Shown piece by piece: positions 40,230 to 50,848 of a DNA stretch of 62,604 nt. Each line of letters starts with the position of its first letter. Position 1 is the first letter of the stretch. The stretch comes from Obrimoposthia wandeli (lineage: Eukaryota). The stretch is from contig CDROCS010004352.1 of NCBI GenBank assembly GCA_977020255.1, forward strand, positions 1 to 62,604, written 5' to 3'. A program made the translations under genes and the position numbers. Under the pieces are notes generated by a model. The model was not told the DNA's origin and searched no databases. It saw nothing but the letters and a program-made list of their open reading frames with translations.

Positions 40230-40980
40230 CCTTTAACCGACTACCTACGGGCCTCGGGCAAGCCCCAGCTATTTTACTAAGATTCTCGATATACTAAGGA
40301 AACAGCACAATCCGTGGTTTATTCATGTGTATGTCGATGATATCCTCATCATAGCAGAACCTGAGAATAAAATCTTTACCAACCTCCAAGAATACTTACA
40401 ACAGTGGATAGTGCAGATTAATGAAACCAAATCTCAACTTACACCCGTTTCTGTCTTTAAATTCTGTGGAATAAAAATTAACCTTGACCAATAGTTTCTC
40501 ACGGTTACAAAAGAAAGGTGGGAAATTTCAGAATAAATTATCAAGCATAATTTGTACACAGACGAGGCTCTGGGCCAACTCCTCTACATGTGTTCGGTAC
40601 TCAAGTGGCCATATGCTATGTGATATCTGCCTAGCCCTGATCGATGGGAACTGTTTTCTTATCTTAAAAAATATGCGGAACATTGGATTTGGTAGCCTGG
40701 AGAAACACATAATGTGTGGGCCTTTGACGCTACAACAAAGTCGATAGCAGGGATCGAGTTATTGCCTCTCAGACAGGTGCGGTTCGTGCTGCAAACCAAC
40801 GAGGCTCCGATCGTGCACCAGTAAGCCATTGCGGCGCAGATCTTGGCAAGTTCAGCCCCATGCGATGCTATGCTACTCTGTGACAATTCGGCACTCGTGT
40901 GGCAGGCAGAGACTGGTTGGGTAATTATCAAGCAATTATCCAAGCCAAGATACAAACGCTGCAATACAAACCATCTGCAC
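40230..40980 (+). pseudogene. DIRS-like reverse transcriptase / RNase H remnant
   Basis: FNRLPTGLGQAPAI(fs)TKIL...VYVDDILII...INETKSQLTP...FCGIKIN; later AIAAQILA...LLCDNSALV. Confidence 0.7.
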
Positions 40981-41772
40981 AAAACCCAGCGGATGAGCCA
41001 TCAAGATAGAAAAAATTGCCTAAAATATGTTGAGAAAAACTGATTTAGTGTCTTCAAACCCCCTTTTATGCCTTTGTTTGTGTCTATGTTACCCTTCGGG
41101 GTCTTTCACATCACTAGTCACATCACCTTGCCTACCAACTTTTTTAAAACTATCTTTTCGTAATTATCTTTCTCGGCTCTTTTTCACATTTTCGTCTTCC
41201 TTAAAACATATTTTATGACCTTTTCAAGGTTTCGAATTACTTTAACATTTCATATTTCAACTCGTTTTAAAAAAAAAAATTAATTATTGTTTAAATTTTG
41301 ACTATCTAAGATCAAATTCTTACTATAAAAACGTATTTTATAATTTCCCTAATCTAACACCTTGATGATAAGTAAAGCTAAGATGTAGAACCCTCAAAAT
41401 TATCAATGACATTCTTTGCAATTTTAACTTAAACAAACTCAAATGACAAATATAACTACAAATCTTTATAAAATAAATATGTTGCGTTGAATGTACATAA
41501 TCGTTGAATGTACATAACCACAAATAAATAATTTATATCTGTTTTATAATTATTTTTTAACATTATTTTAATTAATATTTCTACTTATTTTTATTAATTA
41601 ATTAGATACGAGAATTTAAATTATAAATTTTAATTTATAACTATAAATATTTAATTTTTAAAATAAAAAGTTTTTAATTTTAATGATACAATATCTTTTT
41701 ATAAACATTTATTAATTTATCATTTGAATCTTTAATATCGAATGTCTTAAAAAAGAAGAACAAAATATTAAT

Positions 41773-42105
41773 CTATTTATTTCTACAGATAAGTGAATTA
41801 TGACATCTTGCATTGCAGTTTAAATTCATTTTTACACATTTACATCGTCTTGTAACACATTCTCCCTTGCAAAAGCATTTAATGTACCCTTGGCCATCCG
41901 TTCTCGACTGCTCTTTTACAGCCGATCTTAAAGAAATGACATTTCCAGGTACATCTTCAAGCTCAATCAGTCTATTGTTACATTTCTTCTAAAACGGCTC
42001 TTTAAATGACCACTAGATGTAGCAATTTCATAACTTCCATCAATGACCTTTGAAACGACTCCTATAAGATTCCGGGATCACTTCTTCTATTCGTATTGAC
42101 ATAAC
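41773..42105 (-). pseudogene. C-terminus of a Ginger2/KRBA2-like integrase (Cys-rich tail)
   Basis: LIGVV...YEIATSSGHL...SLRSAVKEQSRTDGQGYIKCFCKGECVTRRCKCVKMNLNCNARCHNSLICRNK*. Confidence 0.75.
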
Positions 42106-43934
42106 ACAGTATGTACCAATTATTTATCTGTGATTATGTACATTCAAGGCAACAAATATAGTGAGCAAACATTTTAACAAATTAAATATGAGAAGATCCA
42201 TTAAGAGCAACAAGAATAATGTACTAATTAGTTATTAGGTAACTAAAAGTTCTCAAAACTATGGGAAATACTAACGTGACTGTTGTGTTTTATTCAAGTC
42301 AAAATGGAATGTTGGGAAAGAGACCGAATAAGATAATAAAATCAAAAAGTTTAATTGTTATAAAAATGTTTTGTAAATATAAAATCTCAAGTAAAAGTTT
42401 CAGATTCCTGAAATAATTCTCAAAAATCTCGAAAATTAGGAATTTCTCCGAGGCAGAAAAATCAGAAGGAACAAATTGAGCATATGAAGAGCAATCAATG
42501 GTTTGGCGCAGACAATGTAAACTGGGTCAGTGCTCTTCTCGGTCATGATCGTCATTGAAATAGAGCGGTTCTGAAAGGGTCGAGGGAATAAACATTTTTC
42601 AACATGGGACATTAGTGAGGTCCCAAATTTAGATGGTCTAGTCAACCGAATTTCCGCCCCGACCCCGCAATAAACCCCCAGTTTGTTTTTTTCGTTGTGA
42701 TGATTCACAAATGAAAATAGTTCCATTTCTAAAATAAGCTTAACGGTTATAGAGTTTTTCCAAAAGTTTCCAAGTTTAATTGTTAAAAAATAACTTTCAA
42801 TGCAAATTTCAATGTATTAAATTTTAGATAAAAAGTTCACAAAATGATCAGAATTAAGGAAAAGAACACTTCAGAGGAAACTCGTGAAAGGTAATCCAAG
42901 TCCCGAAAATGATTATATGGAACAATTAAATAAGCGATTTATACATAAGGCGTACTTCAACTGTAATGAAGATTCACTATGGAAATTAAGAACTGTTCAG
43001 AGTGGTGCGAGTCATTGTCTAAAAATGAGAGTACAACCCGATATTGAGAGTGCACTCATTTCTGCACTAGGAGATTGATTGCAGGGCAAATGTCTTTCTA
43101 TCTCCCTCCTACCCGGACTTTGAGGTAGTATGATAACTTTAGGACATCATCGTTTATCGGGGTAGTCAATTTTAGATCTAAGGGTTACTGTGGATAAATT
43201 AAAACTGCTACAAAATGGGATTCTTATGAGCCCTGAAATATTTTTTCATCATTTCTTTAGGAGTTAAGTGATCTTATGACTCCTTGATGTTTTGTTCGGA
43301 ATTGAGCAGATTGAGCTCATGTGCTCACCATGAGCCCAAGGTTATCACAAGCTTCATGCTCACTATGAGCTCATGTCATGAAAGACTGACATCTAAGCAC
43401 ATCATCATCTAAAAGGAATTATTATTATTCAATTATAAATCGAAGATTATTCAAATAATGTTTGAAAAAACACAATAGAAAGACAATAATCAATAGATAT
43501 TTGCTCTTTTATTGTGTTTTCTAAACATATATAATCGAAATAATAAAACAATAAGCCTTACTTGATATCGGGAGCAGCAGCAGCAGCATAAAATATAAAT
43601 TTACCTGAATACTGCAGCTAAATCCAATTCAGCAGCAGCAGAAGCGATGACATTTACTGCACACATAGTTCAATACAAGGCAGAGAAAATCTCTGCCTTG
43701 TATTGAAGTGTACAGTAGAGAAGAAAAATCACACACACTTACACAGATGTGATTTACAAATAATTACAAATAATTACCATTATTTGCAACATTTGTACAC
43801 GTGACGTGCTTTGTCTCTTTGTGAATTATTTCTTTTCACATGTTGGGGACATGAGTCTTTCAAGACAACGACTATGAGTACATGGTTACTCACTCTTGGT
43901 GTATCTTCTTTGAGCAGGTTAATTGAGCTGATTC

Positions 43935-44160
43935 TTTAAGAAAGTTATTTGAGTTGCTTCTTTTAAGGAAGTTATTTGAGTTGCTTCTTTTAAGGAAGTT
44001 ATTTGAGTAGCTTCTTTTAAGGAAGTTATTTGAGTAGCTTCTTTTAAGGAAGTTCTTTGAGTTGCTTCTTTTAAGGACGTTATTTGAGTAGCTTCTTTAA
44101 ACGAAGTTCTTTGAGTTGCTTCTTTTAACGAAATTCTCTGAGTTGCTTCTTTTAAGGTAC
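43935..44160. repeat. 27-bp minisatellite, ~8 copies
   Basis: gagttgcttcttttaaggaagttattt units at 43951, 43978 and onward. Confidence 0.92.
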
Positions 44161-44224
44161 TTATTATTGCTATTTCTTCGAGTTGCTACTTTGAGCTTAT
44201 TCTTTAATATGATTATTCGAATAG

Positions 44225-45502
44225 GGTTCTCTCAAAGGGTCTAAAACCTTCAAAAGTGAACCCTCAAGGGTTCAAACCTTCAAAAAAATTATTTTTTCTA
44301 CTTTTCAAAGTTGTATATAATAGGCTTGATCTGACTTTGATTAGACCTTCGACGGTTGACCTTAAAGGGTCCAAAACCTTCAAAAATTTATTTTTTTCCA
44401 AAACGTTTGAAAATTATTTTTTCAAAAATTTTTGTTTAAATTTTCAAAACATTTTGGCGCCAAAATTAAAAAGTTTTTAAATCACTTATACATTATTTTC
44501 ACAAAAAAATTTTGATTTTGACACGTGCAAACAGAATTAAATGTATGTATGTATGTATATGTGAACATATTTGATTACTAGTAGATTAACAAAGACATCA
44601 GATGACATCCCCTGCATGTATGTATGTGTAACTACATCATATCAAAAATTTGTTTTAATGCATCAATTTCAATGCCCGAAAATTCAAATATATGTTTGCT
44701 ATGGTTACAAGTATTTGTGATTTTTGCTACATCAAGATATATTTACTAAAATGTGGACATCACTTCATCTTATCTTCTCATCTAATGTTTTCTAAAGAAA
44801 CTATGTAATCTTAGATGTTAAACTGAAATTAAAAATAGATCAATATTCTACATGTTATTGATTACAGATATTAAATCTCGATTAATATATTGATATTTTA
44901 ATGTACACTGGAATGTCTTCTGATTGTTGGTAGATTGCTTGAGCAGGGAATAGTGAACTTAGACTATATTAATATGTGTGTATGTATGAATACTTACAAA
45001 AATTTACAAGCTGACAGAACAAGAAATAGAGACTATTGGGTGTATGTATGCATGCATGTCTGAATACTTACAAGAAATACAAGGTATATATTAAAATCTA
45101 ATCATAAAACATTCCATCTCTATATTTTTCAATTCCACATCGATATTGTTTATTATAATAACAACTATATGTTCTATATTATGTTCTAAAAGTATTAATG
45201 TTTTGAGGAAATTAATGATATGTTCAGGAAATTTACAATATTTTGATGATTCTAAAGACTAAATTAATGATATGTCCATGAAATCTATGATATTTAGGAC
45301 GTTCTAAGGAAGAAATTATATGAGATTTAGTAATATTGATTAGCATTGCTTGGAAGTTTTCAGTTGATTGAATAAATTTAGGAAACAGTATACATTGATA
45401 GAGTGTGTATAAGAAAAAAAAATGTGTGTGTGTGTATGAATACTTACAAAAATATATGACAAATATACCTAAGTAATATTGTATGTGTGTGTATGTGTGA
45501 AT
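44225..45502 (-). repeat. Family X copy, interrupted at 45502 by a Polinton TIR
   Basis: Very close reverse-complement match to 57940-59400; the match stops exactly where AGTAG begins. Confidence 0.9.
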
Positions 45503-45730
45503 AGTAGTTGGATGTGTCCGGTCTAATCCACACCCCCCCTAAAAATTTTTCGCGCGAAGGGCTCTGGACCGACATTGGTCACAGATGTACGGATATCGTT
45601 CTCATATAGGTCACAGACTAGCTTGGCGATGTACGGATATCTCGTTCTCATATAAGTCCCAGACTAGCTTGGCGATGTACGGATATCTCGTTCTCATATA
45701 GGTCACAGACTAGCTTGGCGATGTACGGAT
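45503..45730 (+). mobile_element. Polinton left TIR followed by a 46-bp minisatellite running into the gap
   Basis: AGTAGTTGGATGTGTCCGGTCTAATCCAC; unit gatgtacggatatctcgttctcatataggtcacagactagcttggc, at least 3 copies. Confidence 0.85.
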
Positions 45731-46203
45731 NNNNNNNNNNNNNNNNNNNNNNNNNNNNNNNNNNNNNNNNNNNNNNNNNNNNNNNNNNNNNNNNNNNNNN
45801 NNNNNNNNNNNNNNNNNNNNNNNNNNNNNNNNNNNNNNNNNNNNNNNNNNNNNNNNNNNNNNNNNNNNNNNNNNNNNNNNNNNNNNNNNNNNNNNNNNNN
45901 NNNNNNNNNNNNNNNNNCTCCGCTTCATTCTTAATCTACAGGCACGAAAAACATCGGTCAGATCTATATAATTTAGAGGAGCAAAAACAAAATACGAGAC
46001 AAAATTATTTTTCAAAATATTTATTAAACATAAAACAACATATTGGCTTCACTCAAAGTCCAGAGAGGCTGCATTGTCCCGTCATCAGCAAAATATCCAT
46101 TCAGACGTATTGAGATATTCCATAGTTCTTCATCTAGAATTGGAGCAATCAAATATCCTAGATCATCTTTAAAATCACACAGTTTTAATGGCATAATATA
46201 GGA

Positions 46204-46758
46204 ATGGAAAAAAACAATGCTTGTTATCCTATTAGAGAAACTAAACTTATATCTTATTCTTTAGATACGGGTACACAAGCTTTTAATAAGGATCAAATTT
46301 TTGGTGATGTAAGATTACCGAAATTCATTTTAATTTCTTTTCAAAAAACTGCAAAGTTTCTAGGAAATTATACGACAGATGCAACTCAATTTGACAATCT
46401 TAATGTTGGTTCAGTGACACTTTCAAGAAATACTGATTATCGTGAAACATATAAAACAGATTTCGAAGGTAACGCTTATGCTTTGGCTTATACCCAATCT
46501 ATTATTCGAAATTTGGGTCAACTAGATAAAAATATAAACAATGGTATTTCTTTCACTGACTTTAAAAACAGCTGCCCGTTCTTCACATTTGTTTTGGCAC
46601 CAGACTTTGATATAAATCAATGCCAACTACCAAAGGATGGAAATTTACAACTAGAAATTAAGTTCAATGCAGCTTTAACAAATCCTACTACGGTGCTTAT
46701 TTACGGAGTATTTGATTCCGAAATACAAATCAATAAAAACAGAATTGTCATATTATAG
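46204..46758 (+). CDS. Polinton major capsid protein, C-terminal half (5' part deleted)
   Basis: YPIRETK...DQIFG..RLPKFILISF...FTFVLAPD...KDGNLQLEIKF...LIYGVFDSEIQINKNR. Confidence 0.9.
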   Translation: MEKNNACYPIRETKLISYSLDTGTQAFNKDQIFGDVRLPKFILISFQKTAKFLGNYTTDATQFDNLNVGSVTLSRNTDYRETYKTDFEGNAYALAYTQSIIRNLGQLDKNINNGISFTDFKNSCPFFTFVLAPDFDINQCQLPKDGNLQLEIKFNAALTNPTTVLIYGVFDSEIQINKNRIVIL

Positions 46759-46759
46759 A

Positions 46760-47139
46760 ATGGAGTAAACATATTTTAAATTTATATTTATTAATTTTTA
46801 TTTAGTTCAAAACAAGTAAAAAAATCAGCAGAGAAGGTCCTGGGTGATAAATTCAATGGAGTTTATCCTATTGATATGATTCCATTTTTTCAACCTGGAG
46901 GTTACATTATCAATACTCATACTTCGAATTTACCAGGAGAACATTGGATAGCTATTTATGTTAGAGAGTGGACAATACATGTATTTGATCCACTTGCAAT
47001 GTATTATCCACACAAACTTGTTTCAACTATTCAAAAAGGCCGAAGAAGAGTATTTTACAGCAAGATACAATATCAGGATCCTGCGACGAGAAACTGTGGT
47101 CATTTATGTATTTTATGGTTATTGTTGCAAAACAATTAG
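46760..47139 (+). CDS. Polinton adenain-like cysteine protease, apparently intact, with a 41-nt intron (46765-46805)
   Basis: ATG GA|gtaaac...tttag|T TCA gives MDSKQVKK...; NTHTSNLPGEHW, VFDP, YQ and NCGHLC supply the His/Asp/Gln/Cys residues. Confidence 0.9.
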
Positions 47140-47414
47140 TGTGTTATAAAAATAAAAAATTTAAATGTTTTATTTTGAATTATTTTTTAAATTTCTAAAA
47201 ATATAAGGGTAAAATAATAAAAGACATAAGACAATTTTTTTTAATACATTTATTAATCACAACATCACAATGAGATATGTCAGCAAAGATAAGGCATAAT
47301 AAATAAGGTCCATCCTAAAAAGGTATTGAAATAACAAATAAGTTAGAGTCTAAGTGCCATAAGGATCTAAAATTTTAAAAAACTAAACTAAAAAAATCAA
47401 AAAATGAAAACCGT

Positions 47415-50040
47415 TTAAATTCTGAAGTGTCCATAAGCCAGACTAGCGTTCTTTTCTACCCAAAAGCACTTGTCGTCATTACTACTCAAAGCGATTTTGG
47501 TTGATTTATGGGAATACAGTTGATGGGCTCTTGAAATAAATCTAGTTTGCTCAACGCTTTCAATACACCCAGTATCATAAACTTTCCGGTAGGCTTCATG
47601 TGTAAGATTGTTTCTTCCCACACCCTTTGCTCTCATTGAACATGTATTATTAGATGCATGTAAACTGTAGCATTTAGGCCGTAGGAAAATACAATCATCA
47701 TACGAAACCTGTCCCTCGCTTTCATCCTTAAATTTCCCGATAATGTCCTTTAAACTCATAGAGTGTTGAGGATGGTTAGAGGGATATTTATGGGTATCTA
47801 GTAAGTTGTCCCTAAACATTGCTGGTAATAATTGATTATTTAAACTAACATTCCTACATTCTAAAAAGAAAGAGTCAGTGTCCCCAGCTGCGATTTTAAT
47901 CTCACAAAATAATTTTGTCGGTATTTCTCCAATTCTATGTATTGAAGCTCATACATTCTGAGTTTAGAAATGTCTAAAACCGTTTGACCTATATAACTCG
48001 GTCGATCGAGACAAATACTCTGTTTTCCTAATAACACTGCTACCAAGTCATCTGCAATTGTAAAACTACGCTTGAAGTTGTACTTGCTAGTATATGTTAT
48101 TAGTTTACGCTCATCATTGCAAAACCGTAGACAAATACGTTTCCGCAAGTCCTCTACTGTTTTTCCAAAGAGACTATTACTTTTAACTTGTAAAAATCTC
48201 GATCGAATTTGCTAGTGGCCAAATTACGTTTTCTTGAATTCTTCTCAATATAGTCTTTAAACACAAAGTTTTGACTGAAGCTTATAGCACGATGAATTCG
48301 ATTAACTTTCGCTCCCAACTTTAAGTAGAATTGAAGAAGCCGCCAATGCACAACATAATTCAACTTGTCTTCATGGGTTAACAATAATTTCTTAACCTTT
48401 GAATTAGGTAGGCATTGATGAACAGGCGCTACTGGAAGATCATCTAATTTATCATGCATATTGGGAGGGATTTTTATGTCCACCTCAACCAAATAGCCGA
48501 CGTCGGATGAAACTGTATCAACATTAGCCAAATCTGTCATCAACTTATTCAACTGATCCACATCATAAACCCACTTAAAGTTGGCATGAGGTAGAGGTTG
48601 AGTAAGCGCCCACCATACAAATTATTAATATCGATGTACAGAATCTCTGTGGATTGATTTTTGACAACATGATGTTTGTTGACAAAAGTCATTCCACCGC
48701 GTATACCATAATCATACATTTGATACATAGCAGGATCTTGCAGTAACTCGATATTAATTTTAAGAGTTTTTATTGCTGTTGCCCATGAAAGACCAGGTAA
48801 ACTAAAGAAATGCATGGGATCTAGCCCATCTTCTGCTAAAGACTTTACACAAAAGGACTCAAAAACATCAGCTAAAAGATAAATGTCTAACTTCATATAA
48901 TAAAGCATATATTCGAGAAGATTTCGACAATTATTCACCCAAAATGTACGGGCCTCATTATAGTCTTGAAGACTTACACCCTCAAATTCAGTTATGGGTG
49001 GGATTTCAGTTGTATTTTCTAAATCTGCGAAAGTTTTCGCAAATTTATACGGAAAAATCCCCTTATCGTTAACCGAAGCTGGGAACACTGACTGTGTAAT
49101 TGGCCATGCATTTAAAGATGCCGTTAAATTTTAAAGACTGCTCAAAAACTGCAGAGAATCTATGAATCTTAAACTGCAGAATTCAGTTTATGCAGTTAAA
49201 GATAAATATTTCTCTGACGTTTTAGGTATACATGAAATTTCCCAAGAGCTTAATGTACCCAACGCATATTTAAGTATATGATGCAAATCATATCCTTTGA
49301 GGTTATGAAACACGATGGAAATGCGTGGTTTTTTAGGGAGACGACAGCCAAGGTTACAAAGGTTGCACGCCGCTCCCAAGTATCACCCCGTAACATGATC
49401 GTGATCTCTGACTAACTTAGACTGGGTTCCACACAAATAACATAATCTACAAGAATTAAAATTAACCCAGTCTATGCCTGTCATGATCATTGCTTGATGA
49501 GCATTGAGATCATACCACGGTTTGACAATTGTTGTTCCTAATTCCTCTAATTTTAACATAAAATCTAAAACACAATTTGAACCGGAAAAATTTATGATAC
49601 TGGGTAATATTGGGGCCTAAGAATAGTAGTCCTGCCGAAGCCGGTAGGTGAATACCTCATACTGGTCGTGCAATGCTAAAATTGACTCAAAATCTGCATA
49701 CACCCTGAATTCCACGGGTATGCATTTTGCCCAATCCCTGAATTTTAAATCCTTATCCTTAGGCATGCTATATAGCGTATTGTCATCAGGATTCAGTGAA
49801 CATAATGTCAGATGTTTGCTGTAAGAGAGCTCGGATCGGAACCCATGCAAACATCTATGACACCACTTACACCTTATCCTAACCGGTAAGGCTCCATTAT
49901 CTAAATTTAGAAGACGATCTAAACTGGGAATTGCAGCATAGTGTAAATTATTATTATGTTCGAGCAAAATTAAGTTGATCGGTGTCCCCTCATTTTTGCT
50001 CCTATAAATTAAATCTACGAAAGGATTTAATTTTTTTTCT
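47415..50040 (-). pseudogene. pPolB: Polinton pPolB with EndoVII-like insertion; several stops and frameshifts; 5' end cut off by the retrotransposon array
   Basis: CHRCLHGF; VYADFES; CYLC...VRDHDHVTG*YLGAACNLCN; FHNLKGYD; FIDSLQF; KGIFPY; YIDINNLYG; SLFGK; GDTDS; GKFKDE; LRPKCY; RAKG; LAYGH. Confidence 0.96.
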
Positions 50041-50044
50041 CTCA

Positions 50045-50715
50045 GTATTATATTTATTTTATTTATTTATTTATTTATCAAACATTTATTAATGTGAACG
50101 CAATCAATTTCTCAAAGGCCCCATAGGGGCCTCTTCTACTTTACGTAGATCCGGGTCTCAATATGCTGCTGGTCCTCGGTAGCAGTAACAGTAGCTGCTT
50201 GGGGTCTCGGTTTCGTCATTGGAACTTTGAGTAGGTCCGCGTACTTTTTCAGTACTCTTACGTCATCGCCGGGTACAGTTTTGGGCCCCTCGGCAGTCTC
50301 GATTGTAGCGGGGCCACCTTTTCGGCCATTACCCGTAACCGACCGCAGGTCGGTTTTCGGGTACGATTTCTCCTCCTGTCCATGTCGAGATTTCGAACTC
50401 TGACCACCACTATTCAAATCTTCCAACAAATCTGTTCGATTGTTGATAAAAGGTCTCTTTCCGGCATACGAATCTGCTGCTTCCTCTAGACTAATGTTGT
50501 TCTTTGCTATTACAAATTTGTCGATAATACCAGACAGTATCTTTGCGCACTCCTCGTTGACATCATAGTTTCGCAGTAACCCAAAAATATCGTCTTGGGC
50601 CCCCTGCAGGAGATTATAATTACTCCCGTTGTTTACCTGCGCTTCATTATTTCTCTTCCTGACCATGTCGAAGTTTTCAGATCTTATTATTTTTATTCAG
50701 ATATTAATAAACAAT
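50045..50715 (-). mobile_element. Internally deleted derivative of the NeSL-like element (176-aa in-frame fusion ORF 50136-50666, 3' hairpin, (TAAA)n tail)
   Basis: KVPMTKPRPQAATVTATEDQQ matches the repeat linker at ~54280-54340; the end IETRIYVK* is homologous to IEAWNYVK* of the RT ORF; AGGCCCC-TAT-GGGGCCT hairpin. Confidence 0.75.
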
Positions 50716-50848
50716 TTTTTTTTTTTTTTTGGATTATTGAAAAAAGGCTCATTTTCGGCACACGAATCTGATGTTGTTTGTTGGTTGTTGGTTGTTGGTT
50801 ATTGGTTGTTGGTTGTTATTGTTGGTTGTTATTGTTGTTGTTTTTTTT

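Noticed and set aside
42884-43078. Copia-like gag/protease remnant (QSGASH)
   Set aside because: The catalytic Asp is absent and the context gives no support.
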